64,000 nt of DNA from contig CT868012.1 of the NCBI GenBank assembly GCA_000165425.1, positions 186,001 through 250,000 of the forward strand. Reading direction: 5' to 3'. Origin of the DNA: Paramecium tetraurelia. Its lineage: Eukaryota. The position numbers and the translations under genes were made by a program. Position 1 is the stretch's first letter. Every line of letters starts with the position of its first letter. Of the stretch, positions 38,001-51,040 are shown piece by piece. Under the pieces are notes generated by a model. That model searched no databases. It was not told the origin of the DNA and was given only the letters and a program-made list of their open reading frames with translations.

Positions 38001-41000
38001 TCAAATTTAATTACTTAATAAAAAAGATACTCTATTTAATTTTTTGACGAATATAATGAGCGTAAATTTGTAGATTTGATAAATATACTTCAGAAACTTA
38101 ACATCTTTTCTTAAATTTATCTAAACTTCAGACTAATTGCTTGGAGTGGAGAATTGAGCATACCCTAGACTTATTGATCTAGATAATAAACTTTGTAAGT
38201 TTTCTAAAGTAATTTATAGGTATAACAACAGGATTCCCAATTTTGTTTATTGAGTAAACACCTATCCACATATTGAAACAAGGATTTAATAAATTTATCA
38301 TACTAAAATGTATATAAATGGGGATAATACTCTATTAGATTTGATGAAACAAATCTTCATTTAAATTTTGTTGTTGGCCCATTTCTCTTTCAATTCAACT
38401 ACAATATCATCAAGACTTTGATGATCCAACAATCTCTCTTATTAATCTGATTAGAAGATCTACAGTTCATCACTCACCAAGGTAAATCTCTGTTTTGACA
38501 TTAACTTCTAATTGTCATGATAATCAGCTTCAGAATAAAACAATTTCAGACTAAATGAATAATTTACTTGAATTAGAGTTTCATAAATGAAATTCCATTG
38601 CTAGAAGTTGATGTTACCCTTATTTGATGTATCAATAGATTCAAATAGGAATTTATATTTATACGAAGTTCTGTTTTTGAATTTACTGAATATTGTTAAG
38701 AATTGGTCCATTATTAAATCGAATTCTGTTGGAGATGGGTTATTTTTTAAATAAGCTAGATCAGATTAATATAACTCATTAGTTATTACTTCCATCTCCT
38801 CTTCTGTATAATGATTTTAAGTAAGCCATTCTTGAAGAGCTTAAATGAAATTACTGAATATCAAACTAGGATATTCTTTACAGATCTCTAATATTTATAA
38901 GTACGTGTTGAAGTCTTAGACATCCAATTCGGCCTTAAGGAAACGTACAACAATCTTACAAGTTGAGTGTCGATGTTCATAATATAAAAAACTCTTTATC
39001 ATCCTCTTATATCGGTTGCAATCGCTTAACTATGACTATCCAAATCGAAAAGTGATGTGCTCGTAAAGATGAACATGCAAAGGTGTATTTGTATTGTTGG
39101 GCAATTGTCGTTATACTAATTCTGTGTAATGCTATAACAGAGTCCCAATTGTATATAGACCATTCATGTTGCTTTTATTAAACTTCCTGAGTACTATAAT
39201 TTTAGTCAAAAATTACTTTGTTTAAGAACTGCAGTTGAATGTTATGCGGATTTCAAAGGGCAAGTGTTTATTCTTAGCTTCTTCTCCAATGTTAACTACG
39301 GTTTTTGGGTCTAAAAGTCAAATCTTAATAAGGAAAATGCATTTTCATCTTTCTCTAATTAATCTTCATCCTCTGATACACTCCTATACGATTCTTCGTC
39401 AATGTCTCTCAAACCTTTGGGCATATCGACTTCTATTTCAAATGACTTTTGAGCTTTCAATGTTTTGTTATTGTTGGTAATTTATTTCATGGAATTTATT
39501 TACAATTGGGATTGAAAAGACACTTGGCTTGCTCTGATAGGAGACTGCTTGGAATACAATTGAGAACTATCTTCTCTTTAAGGACTAACAGAAATTCTTG
39601 AGTCAACTAAGGTGTTTTTCTTCCTCATTTCTTTGAATTCAACTCCATCTAAGACCTTATGTAGATTGGCTTACTATTAAATTTAATTAATGATGAATTA
39701 AGGAGCATATCGTATGATTCGTACTAGAGATTATTAATAGAACTCTGAGATTTTTCTATCATCCTCATATTTAATCTAAAATTATTTGATGATTTGCATA
39801 TTATTAGTAAATATCGATTTGATATCATCCAATTCAACTTGTAACTCTTGTTTTTCAATTGTAGCATCTATCACAGATGATTATTGATTTAGGACTATCT
39901 TCCAAATTTACATATAATTTTATAAGGTCTCTCTATTAATCTACCTTAAGTACTCCTTAAATTTGGATAAATCATTAAGGGCAATTTCGTTTCTTATATT
40001 TAATGTATCTACAATTTGATTTATCTGTTTTTCTTGACGATTCATCTCATTATTAATCAAATTCAAATAGTGTGGATCATTAGATAGGAGTTCCTAATAT
40101 GGAAAATAAAATTGCTGGAACTTATCAATGATGTCATCCAAATCAAGGTAAGCATTCTTTAAAATCATCTATTCATAAGGATTCCTGATTAGTTTATCCC
40201 TTTTGATTTGATATACACTGACTTGTGTTTCTTAGTCAGTAGAATTAACCTTCACTTAAATCTCCTCATCAATTTATCGCTTCTACTTGTGAGTCTAAGT
40301 AGCAACATTAATCAATTAGTTATCGGATGTGCTTATGCATTTATCAATTGTTCTTACTAAATCGACAACCTAACACCCCTTATCTTTGATCACTAAGTCC
40401 AATGTATGATCAAAGTAAAAGTCTTACACTTACAAATTCTTATACTAGATTTCCATGGTTTTAATATGATTTTCACATTACTTTTTAAAGAAGTCATAAA
40501 TTTTTTGTTGACATTATTCTAAATCTGGAGGATAATTGATTTGTGATGATTTCAATTCGATAATTTCCAATAGGTAATGATCCTTGTCATAAATTAATTC
40601 TCTTATTTATTTTTCTCTTCTAACGTCCTTCTTTCTCAAATATTAATTTTCCTTATTCATTTATAGATTCATTTATTGGATTTAAAGTAATTCTTCTTTC
40701 TATTGTTGAATCTGACATAGTTGTTTTTACATAGCTTCCTAGTACCACTCATGCAATTTATTGATTTTATCTAAACTCTACTACTCAATTTGATTTGCCT
40801 TACCATTCAATCCCTCCACAACATATTGCACATTTATCAAAAAGGAATCCCAAATTTTTTTGAGACATTACCCAAATTCAAACCCCTTTTATTGCAATTG
40901 TCTCTGTAACTCTAACATTGATCCACTAAATATTACTTCTATTTTATTGTAGTATTCTTAAAATGATAAATTGCTCTGAGTTTATTAGACTTGCTATATC

Positions 41001-41430
41001 ATTAATTCCAACCATTGAGCCAATTGCACAATATCTCTTCGTATACTTTTGTTATGTAAATTAACATTCTAAGCATCATGATAGTTTATGGCCTGAGTGT
41101 TTTTCTTGTTCACACTGATGGTTCTCTCTTTCGATCTCAATCTTCGTGGAGTAGTCTGCTGATAAATGATATCGTCAATATTATTTCTGCTTCTGGTTTT
41201 ATCTCTAGAATAGTGCAATAATCCTACTTGATCAACAAGTCCTTTATTTGATAAGTTATAGTTTGTTGTTGGACATTTGTCAGATCGTCCTTGATATTCT
41301 AAAGCCTATTTTATTATAAGTATCTATTGTGTAATTGCTGCGTGAATGGGAACAGTTTCTTAAGTTCGATGTCATTAAGAAAATGAGAACTACTTGATCT
41401 TGAAATATCAATATTCAAATTGCCTCTCAT
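38001..41430 (-). CDS. Large coiled-coil/helical hypothetical protein, possibly ciliary
   Basis: About 1140-codon code-6 frame from MRGNLNIDISRSSS. Contains RRDIVQLAQWLELMI...ELQRQLQQKGFEFGQCLKKIWDSF followed by coiled coil, loosely reminiscent of axonemal-dynein-light-chain-domain proteins (weak inference). Confidence 0.75.
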
Positions 41431-41473
41431 TTATAATTTATAATATTTACATAAATATAATTAATTAATTAAT

Positions 41474-44400
41474 TCAAAAGTTGATATCCTCAACATCGAT
41501 CTAATCATCAATATATGCATCTGATATATCTTTCGGATGATTTTTGTTGACCTGCTGCTTCTTCTTGAATTCCAATTTATTCGATCTGCCCCCCACCTTC
41601 TCATTTTTCTCCAACTTCTACAAATACACCTTTTCCAATTACTGCTGCTTACTCTCCTTCTTCACCTAAAAGTTCTTAGTGAAATCCACCTATGCCTATC
41701 CACTATAAGATTATTCATCGTTGTTCTCATCGCCGAACTCAAATTCCAAGGGTTTCACCTTCGCCTATCTGTAATTCTATTGCGTCTTACTCTGAGTAGG
41801 CAAACGAATCTAGAAATCTGAGGCTTATTCCTCCTCGAATCTTTAATTCAGCTAATTAAACTCTGAAGGCGAAATCTGATTCTCTTACCATTCCTGATCA
41901 GACATAGTATGAATTGAATCGTTTGAATCAAAAATATTCTTAATCTGACCTTCCTTATCGATCTTCTCCTTGCTTATTTATTCTCTCTTTGCCTTCTTCT
42001 AACGGTTCTCCACTTTCATCTAGTAAGGCTTAGGTTTTATTTTTTGGATTTGAATTTGATCTTGAAATATTTCTTAATCTTCCTCTTCTTCGATTGCTCT
42101 GCTGTCCATTAAAATTTGAATTCTATGTTAATCCTTTGATTCTTCAGTATCAAATTAAGGCTATTAATCTGGAATACCTAATTGTAACTAAATATTATCA
42201 GAATCATCATCCTAATTGTTCTCATGTGAAGGTTCTCTAAGATCATTTAGTTTAGTTTTTGGTTTGAATTGATTTGAAGGAATGGAAGGATAATCATCAA
42301 TGTTTTGTTTATGTATTTAATTAAAATCATCACTCTTAGAATTAATTGATTATTTTTAAAATGATTCTATAAAATATTTTTGTTATTATTGATTTTATTA
42401 TTATTATTATTATTGTTATTATTGCAGTTATTATATATATTATTATTAATCTATCCCTTTCTATTAATATACAAATGATTAAGTTAATGGTTTATCTTAA
42501 TTTGAAACCTATTATGTATATTATCCTTATTATGCTAGATTGGTTTATACACTCAAGGATTCACGACTATTAGATTAATGTGATTATAATGCTCTATTGC
42601 CTTCATTGGCAAATTGAGCAGATTTAGCAAGCTATTAGACTTATGAATATTATAATGATTATGTTACTTCTCTCCTAGATTATGAGGATTTACGATTTGA
42701 TGGCAAATTGTTATCTCCTTAATTATTTGACAATTGTGATTAGTTCTTTTTGCAAAAACTATCTGCTTTCTCAACTTATTAGTTAATCTATTGAGGATCA
42801 TTCTCGTTATCATACTCGTTTTCAAAAGTTGGTACTATATTATAATGATCAGGTGGATAATCTTAAATTTTTTATAATTGCAAGGTTTTCTATTATTTTG
42901 AAGGACTTTTGTTCTTCTCCTCATCAAAAATGGACAGTTAACTGTTTTCATGTGGTTCTTCTGAATCCTAGATTTAACTAATATCTTTTAAAGGACTTTG
43001 ACTTTGATCATTGAAGGAATTCTAACAATGTTAACTGGATTGAGACTTTACAGAACTGAAATTCTCAGATCCAGGAGAAGCATATGGAGGTTCATCATCA
43101 GGATTCTCAAATTAATTATTCTGAACAGTCTTATAGTACACAGTATGTTTGAGATTGGAGGGAACAACTTATTTCTAAGGAAATTGCTAAGACCTATCGC
43201 TTTCCTAATGAAACACAGGATTAGAATTCTTATCACTGAGTATTACGCTTATCCCATTTAAATTACAGGATTGTTCTTGTGATTGCTCATGAGATTTCTA
43301 TTTGGTAATATCATTCTCCTGGTTGACTGCTTAAGCATCCAAATCCGAAATGTCAATCTTTTATTCAGCTTGTGATTTCAAATCAAAGGGATGTTGAAAG
43401 AATCCGGAAATTTCTTACCTCTCAATATTCTATTTAGATTCATTCAAATAATAATTTTGGACGAATTCATCGAAAAATTGTTCTCCCTTTTAAGTTTCCC
43501 AAATTAACAGTAGAATATTGGAGAAAGTCACTATAAGTGAATCTATGGCGCTAATAAAAGTCTATGAATTAAATGAATTTTCGTAATAGGCTATCAAGGC
43601 ACAACTAACAATTATTGGAATATTGACTAAGGTAATGTAAAGTCCATTTAAACAATTAAAGGAAAAAAAGGGTTTGATGTCCACCATCTTGGCTTTGAAA
43701 AACGTAAAACCAAAGTATCGACTCATGATGAGTTTGTAGAGGGGATACGCTAATATCAAGGACAATGAAATCAAAATGTAATTGGTAATCTTATTTTTCA
43801 AAGTTGAGGCCTGCCACCTCATGAAATCCTAATCACTCCATATCTTTTATTTAACCAATAGAAGGTGAGCAACATTAAATAGCCAATTCAATACAACACT
43901 ACCAACTAGAATCCAAAAGTAATACATATCATTGTATTCATAATAATCGTGCAATAAAAATAACACAGTCAACCATGATGACCATATCAAAGGAGCATTC
44001 AACCCTAGAATTGAGCCAGGCATATAAGTTTCATTTCTGTATTATTTAGAGACTAGCACAGAGATAGTGAAGAAAGTGAATAATATCACATGGGGAACCG
44101 GGACATATCGGTTTGGTCCCATATTGGTAATGACTTCCTGTGGTATCAATTCGCAAAGTAACCCTTTAGGTTGGTAACTGTTAGGACACTCTTCCTTACA
44201 AGCACCTTCAATCAAGTAATGCGTGCTGGTGGATTAATTACATTAGGTGCAATTATTTAAAGATGTGCATACAGCACAAGTACTTGGACACTGGATGCAT
44301 TTACCACTAGTAACATCACCAAAATAGGTATCTGAACATTTGGTAACACAAACAGTTCCATCTAGAAATTATGGTGTTGTTCCTTAGACTTAACATGATG

Positions 44401-47400
44401 TACAGGTCTATGCACTACCATTACAAGTTAAGCAATTAGATGAACATTGGAAACATTCTTGATTTACAGCATAATAGTTAGATTAACACTATTGAATGCA
44501 AGTGAAATTAGAAAAGAAGTATGGTTTAATGCAGGATGAGCACAATTGTTGTCCATCTTTCAATTCGCATGTTTGGCAACTCGAATTGCATTTCAAACAG
44601 GAAGTTTGATCAGCATCTACATAGTACTAATCTCCGCATGTTAATACACATTATGATAGTTTTAGTAGGAATCCATCTGAACATTTGACACATGTTTTAT
44701 CATCTGGACATTGGCTGCATCCTGATATACAGGACTTACATTGCATTTGTTCTTCATTTATAAAGTAACCAGATGGGCAATCTGCTCTACATGTTCCTGA
44801 CAAAGAATATTAACCAGGTTAGCATTCAGTACATTAATCATTGGTAATACAACTTATGCAAGTGGCTGGACATAATTCACACACTAAAACCTTGCTTGAA
44901 TTATAAGTCTAATAATATCCTTCTTCACATCCTTTGCTGTAACATTTATGATCATATAATGGGATATTTGGTTAACATTTTGAACAGTAAGAGGAATTCA
45001 TGGAACATAAAATACATTCACTATCACACTTTTCACATTTATTATTTGAATTCAAGGGTAAGTAATATGTCTCTCCACATGTGTCAACACAAACACTATC
45101 TTGGTACTTATAAGTGTCAAAACATTTATCACAAATTAGAATATTGTTAATAGGTGAACAAGTTTAACAGTGATTTGGACACTATTGGCAAGAATATTCT
45201 TGCTCATTCTAATAATACCCATCTCCACATGAGTCTACACAAGCATTTGATTTCATATAAATGTACTTAGATATGATGGATGGATAACAGGTCTGACATT
45301 AGAGATTGTCAGATGTAATTATCTTGCAAGTCCTACAATTATTCAACTGAGGACAAAATAAATTAAATTGAAATGCTCCATTTACTGAACTATCAACTAA
45401 ATAGTTAGTATTATCTATTTTTCTATATGTTTTAATCGTAAATGTTCTTGGTTACTATTCATTTTGAGGAGTAGCAATTCCATTAACAATGACGTTATAT
45501 TGTAACTGATTCGAGTCAAAGGGCCCTGTGATAACTAGAATATTATTGGATTAGACACTGCAGTCCAATTTATTATTAGATGTATCCTTACAAGAATAAC
45601 CAGATGATGGTAGATTGAATGGAAATAATATATGAATCTAATAAGTGCCTTCTATCAATCCATTTTGTAGAGCAAAATTAAATTAATAGACTGCATTCTA
45701 AGCTCCATAATATTATTTATCAACAATCAATTCAGTTTATGTAATATCACCATATTAAGAATTACTAATATAAGGACCTTGTTGATAACTCATCAACCCA
45801 TTCGTTGATTTAGTTGAAAATTCAAAATCCTAACTCTTGGTCATAGTGTCTTTGCATTTGATGGTTGAAACTGTTAATTTCAAAGTAGTTGGCAACAAGA
45901 CTTAATCAGTACTTTCAATCAGTACATCTAATTGATTAGAGGATATTTTAGTGCAAGTTTTGATGACAGCTCCTTGTAATTTACACAATGGATTATTGTT
46001 GATCATTAAATCACCAACTTTGACTGTCATTTAAATAGGATAGAATTGAGGAGTCTTAGTTTTGATTGTGAATTAAAAAGTATTGGAGTACCCATTTTTG
46101 AATGGTTAATCTGATTCTATAATGACTAATCCGTCAAATGATGATCTAGTATTAACTGAGTATCCTTAGACATTGGAGATTTTGTCTATAATATTATTGA
46201 ATTAGTCATAAGAAGTAAATTTGAAGTAATTAGTTTAACTTGTATCAAATGGATTTCTAATTTGAATTGATATTGAATTAATAATAAATTGTTTTGAAGC
46301 CTCTAATGATGATTAAATCTTGAATACTAAAACCTAGTCCTAAATTGTAGTGATTTGACAACCATTTGAGTCTATATTACATGTTTGAGTATTTTGATTC
46401 ACAAATTTGATCTCCTAAGGAATTTCCATTCTCAAAGTACCTGATGCTGGAATACTATTCTTAGGTGTTATTTTCAATGTGAAATAAGAATAATCTCCAA
46501 CTATATCCAAACTACTTCCTTGTCGTTCGTATTGAGCATTTAGAGTTCCAGGAGTGAATGAAGGTGTCTTATATTGAAAGTTAGTCATTTTATCTACTGA
46601 AAATCCATTCTACATAGTCTAAATGTATTATATGGTGATAGTGGAAATAGTAGAAATTGGATTCAACACATTCTAAATAGCTATGTTATGTGTGCCAACG
46701 GTAGTCAGACACCCTCCTATATCAATATAATCTGCATTAACAACTGGGATTGCTACAGAATTATCGCAATAGCAGATTAGATTTGAGGATAATAGTGTTT
46801 GAGCTAATGCTATCCTTACGAATCCAGCTGAATTCAATGCATTCTTGATTGTAACACCAAAAGTATATTTCGTATAAATGTTAATCTCGGTTGAATCAAT
46901 ACTTAAACTGGCTGTCAATTGATCATTTTAAACTGAAATAGAGGGAAAGAGTATCTAATACTGTAACACATCATTGGAATCCTTGAAATCTATTTATGAT
47001 TGAATGGGCTAAGTGTTGCCCATCACTTTCAATGCTTCCATATATAGTTTTATTGAAACATCCTTAACAGCTATTGCTGAGGGCATTTAAGCCTTAATCA
47101 AACTCGGAGTACTCACTGTGAGTGCTTCCAATAAGCCTATTGATACAGTGGACACATAGCCTTTCACAGTAGAAGTTGTAACGAACTCCCCGTTGCTTAA
47201 AATCGAAACTTCGATTAGAGGATTTGCACTAAAGGTAATAGGCAACATTATGTTTTCCCAAATCATTTATAATTTATCAGTGTTTGGGAATAAGCCGGTT
47301 GTTGAATTAGATGAAAACACAACTGAACCACCATATGGTTAGAAGTTACTAATCTGAATGTTATCGCAAGACTATTCAGCAAATTATATATTGAAATTTC

Positions 47401-47804
47401 CAATAGGTTTGTTTGTGTGTGGTCCTTTCACATTACTACATTTTATTATCAAGCTGCCTGCTGCCAAAGAAACGCAGGTGAATTTTTGATTATTTTGGGT
47501 ACACGTTATACTTTGAGTGGTCTTTTATAATGTTAATCAAACTTACTTCCCTGCAAGTAGTGGTTCCGCTGATTAAAGGTGAAATTGAAGGTGAACCACT
47601 CCAAAAAGTTGGAAATGTTATATCCACATTACCAGAAGCAGATATTGGAAATTCAAATTACACAGACCCGTCTGTTTTATATGCATAACTACTTAAGGCT
47701 GTTCCCTTTATTGTTGAACAATCCAATGCTATAATTATCATTATATCTCATTTACATGCTAAGGCAACATTCAAAATTTGAATTATGAATAATGAAATAT
47801 ACAT
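41474..47804 (-). CDS. Giant (~2100 aa) receptor-like surface protein: signal peptide, beta-rich ectodomain, furin-like Cys repeats, multi-TM block, long disordered Q/S-rich tail
   Basis: Signal MYISLFIIQILNVALA and two early introns. CxxC repeats at ~44150-45370, a hydrophobic block at ~43500-44100, and a frame that continues through poly-Q (42380-42450) to DIDDQ-like acidic end ...VEDINF-TGA. Confidence 0.8.
42380..42450 (-). repeat. (TAA/CAA)n coding microsatellite encoding poly-Gln
   Basis: The + strand ttattattattattgttatt... reads TAA TAA CAA TAA... in the minus-strand frame of the giant membrane protein. Confidence 0.8.
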
Positions 47805-48280
47805 TTATATAAAAATTTTATTAAAATATTAAAAATCTAATTTTAATATCCTTGAAAGGCTTAAAACTAAATATTACTTGAAGTAATTTCAATTTTTCTA
47901 TAATCCCTTTTCTATTTTATATATCCACAATGATTTCTCGACAATCCAAAGTTTAAAAAAGTAGACAGCAATTTCAGTCCTTTCTCCAATTATGTTCTAA
48001 TTTCATTCAATAAGCTCTCAATTCTAAAACTTAAGGCACCATACATATTTACTAATGCACTCAGTATTCGTGAATCCAAAAGCATGACATAGATGAAAAT
48101 TCTTTTATTGATTAATTATTTTCTATATCAGTAATCTAGAGTATCTATTTAAATTACTCTTTTCGAGAATTAACCACAGATGATCATCCTCTTTAATTAT
48201 TGAGTAAAGTTTTAATAGAAGACAAATGAATAAATGAGAGCCAAACATAAAATGAAAATAAAATCAATTTTTTTCCAAGG

Positions 48281-48505
48281 TCAAGTGCTTATTGAGATTG
48301 ATCTTTATAAATTGTGTTTTTAGAGAGTAATATTCACTTCACTTGGACAATCAGTTGCTCTAAATTAAAGATAAAGAGCATAATCGTCAAAAGTGACTTT
48401 TTTTAATCTTTTTCCACAACTTCTATTAACAGGTGACAAAAGCGAATGGTGATGCATATCCCCACTAACACTTGTGATCTAATTAAACTTCGGTTTCTTA
48501 GGCAT
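48281..48505 (-). CDS. 74-aa basic microprotein with an RVxF-type PP1-docking motif
   Basis: MPKKPKFNQITSVSGDMHHHSLLSPVNRSCGKRLKKVTFDDYALYLQFRATDCPSEVNITLQKHNLQRSISIST. ATG in AT-rich context, 75 codons, more GC-rich than the flanks. Confidence 0.55.
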
Positions 48506-49857
48506 TTTTAATTAATTTAAAAAATAGAATGTAAGAAAATCAGTTGTAATTGGTTAAATTCTCCTGATTGAATTAATTAGATAAAAACCGATTATTGATA
48601 CATTCCCAGTGATTTCACATATATATTATTTATTTATAAATTAATTATTTAGAGAAAATAAACACATCAATATTTCAAAGAAGATCCCTATATAATAGAA
48701 CTAAATTGGATTATCTCATTTAAAAGGAGCTTTCTCTGCAAACTATTACTGTTTTAGAGATGGTGCTATTAAAATAAACTTGAATTCATCCAAAACCACT
48801 TATATGTGACATGAAATCTTCTAAGTTCTTATCACTGTGTATTAGATTTGTGATTGTAGTTAAGAAATAAAAAAATTAATAATGCCAACATTTATTCACC
48901 TTCATTTCAAAATACATACTAGATTTCTTTTTTATTAAACATTTATATTACCGATGTGTCAAATGATATTTTAAATTAAATTACTCATTTTTGAATCGAT
49001 ATTTGTAAAATTTCAATTAAAATCATATAGCATTATTAAAGCGTTTGATTAGCTTAGCTCTATTTGCAGGATAAAAAGTAAGATTTACAAAAATAACACA
49101 ATATCGAGCAATTATAGATATGCTAGAAATCATTTTTTACTTGACTCAGAGGATCATTTAATAATAAATCGATATCATTCAAATCTTCTTATAGTATGTC
49201 TAAATAGTCTGATTAATTAATGAAAAGCCTTGAATTCCTTTAACAAAAGAGAAATTGTTAATTAAACTTATTCTAAAAAATTAATTAGTTAATTGTCATA
49301 AATAATTAACAATACTCTAATAAAAATCTAACATCACACTGTATTGGGAGTACTGTTCAAAATACTTAAACAAAAGGTTATCAGCTAACACCAACTTGAT
49401 GTAATTTTCATCCTTTAAAAAGCACAGAAAAGAGGGTTTAATTGAATTAAAATGATACAAACATCAATTCGGTCTTAATAGATGTATCTAAAAGCTATTC
49501 ATTTCTTATTTTAATATTAAAGTTGATTTAACAAATATTTTATAATAAATAATAGGATCAAGTGGTAATACTGTAAATCTGGTTGTATAGATTCTTAGCA
49601 ATCCAATAATCCTCTGAATTATTGGATTTGGGATTGAATTGACGTGAGATTCAGGAATAATGAATATTAGTGGAAGGAGTAAATGGGAAGTGAGAAAAAT
49701 TATAATCAGGAATTTCATTTATGATGAAATATAAATTTTTATATTAAAGGAGTTTAATATATTAATGATTCTTTTTAGATTCAGTTTTATTTAATTGACA
49801 AAATATCTGTGTATTTTAAGTTGAATCCAAAAACATTGATCAATTATTAATTTTTTC

Positions 49858-50912
49858 ATGAATCCATTCTAATAGATTCCCACTTTAGCATAACTTTAAT
49901 ACTGTCCCTAATTACAATAATTGTAATAGCTTTAACAGCTACAAGTATATTTTTATATTGCTACCCTTAGTATTTTCATTTACTCTGTGCACTCTAAAGC
50001 AATGCTGCTAACCAACCAAATCTATAACTACCTTAACTCAATCCTCTTTAACAAATATCTCTTCTCTCTTAATCCTCTCAAAGAACAATACCAATAATCC
50101 AATAACCTGACATCCGAACAAAGAAGAGTCAATCAGAAAGAGTTTTACCAAAGCAAAAGAAAGAGAATGAAATTCTGAAACAATTTACGCCTGATGAGAT
50201 CTTGTAGGAGCTCAAATAGTTATTGGAATATCTCTGTAAAGAGGAAATTAAGGTATTGGAGGAGGATGAGAAAATAAAATATAATGTAATATTCAATTTT
50301 AATAACAATTACTTTAGATCTTGACCAGAATAGACGATGGATTAATAGAGTCACTGATCAATAGATATCAAAATCAGAAAAAGACGAAAGAAGAATAAAT
50401 AAAATTTATACTTAGGAAGTGCTTTAAATTTTTGAAATAAAAGATGAACTTAAACGAATTAACAATGAGTGCTTATGAAATTGAGAAGGTGTTCTACAAG
50501 GAGTATTTTGCTTCGAGTGACAACATCGAAGAATTAATCCCCTTTAGATCTGAGTCTTCTAATAAAACCATGAATACATCATATTTAAAGAAAATTTTCT
50601 CGTCTGAGAAATTTTATGAAGGCTATCTGTCTTATCTTGGTAAATAAGATAGTTAAACTTAATAGAAAACTTTGATGAAATATGGGATCAAGAAAACAAT
50701 GAGAAGATCTAAAACATGGCTAAATAGGTGCTGAAATTCATAGCTTCTGGTTAAATCGATGTATATAATGTATCAATCCTAAATAGAAAATATCGACATA
50801 CAAAAGAGTGCCCTGGATTTTGTCGATGAAATAACGTTGTTATGAATTGGCTGCTTCTTTGAAAGCATACCATGAACAAGAAGAAATCTGTAAAAAAGTG
50901 AAATAGGAATGA
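49858..50912 (+). CDS. Hypothetical protein with Q/P-rich N-terminus and basic helical C-terminal domain (putative ciliate DNA-binding regulator)
   Basis: Q-rich start, then KTKEEQIKFILRKCFKFL...IPFRSESSNKTMNTSYLKKIFSSEKFY...KRVPW. Several tiny introns. The function is inference. Confidence 0.7.
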
Positions 50913-51040
50913 CGATATTTTATATATAATTCAAAAATGCAACAAACAACGCTTTTTTAAAAATTTAATTAATATTTATTAAAAGACAATAAATTTTCAT
51001 TTAATAATGGTTTTGATATATATGTTAAATGAACAATATA

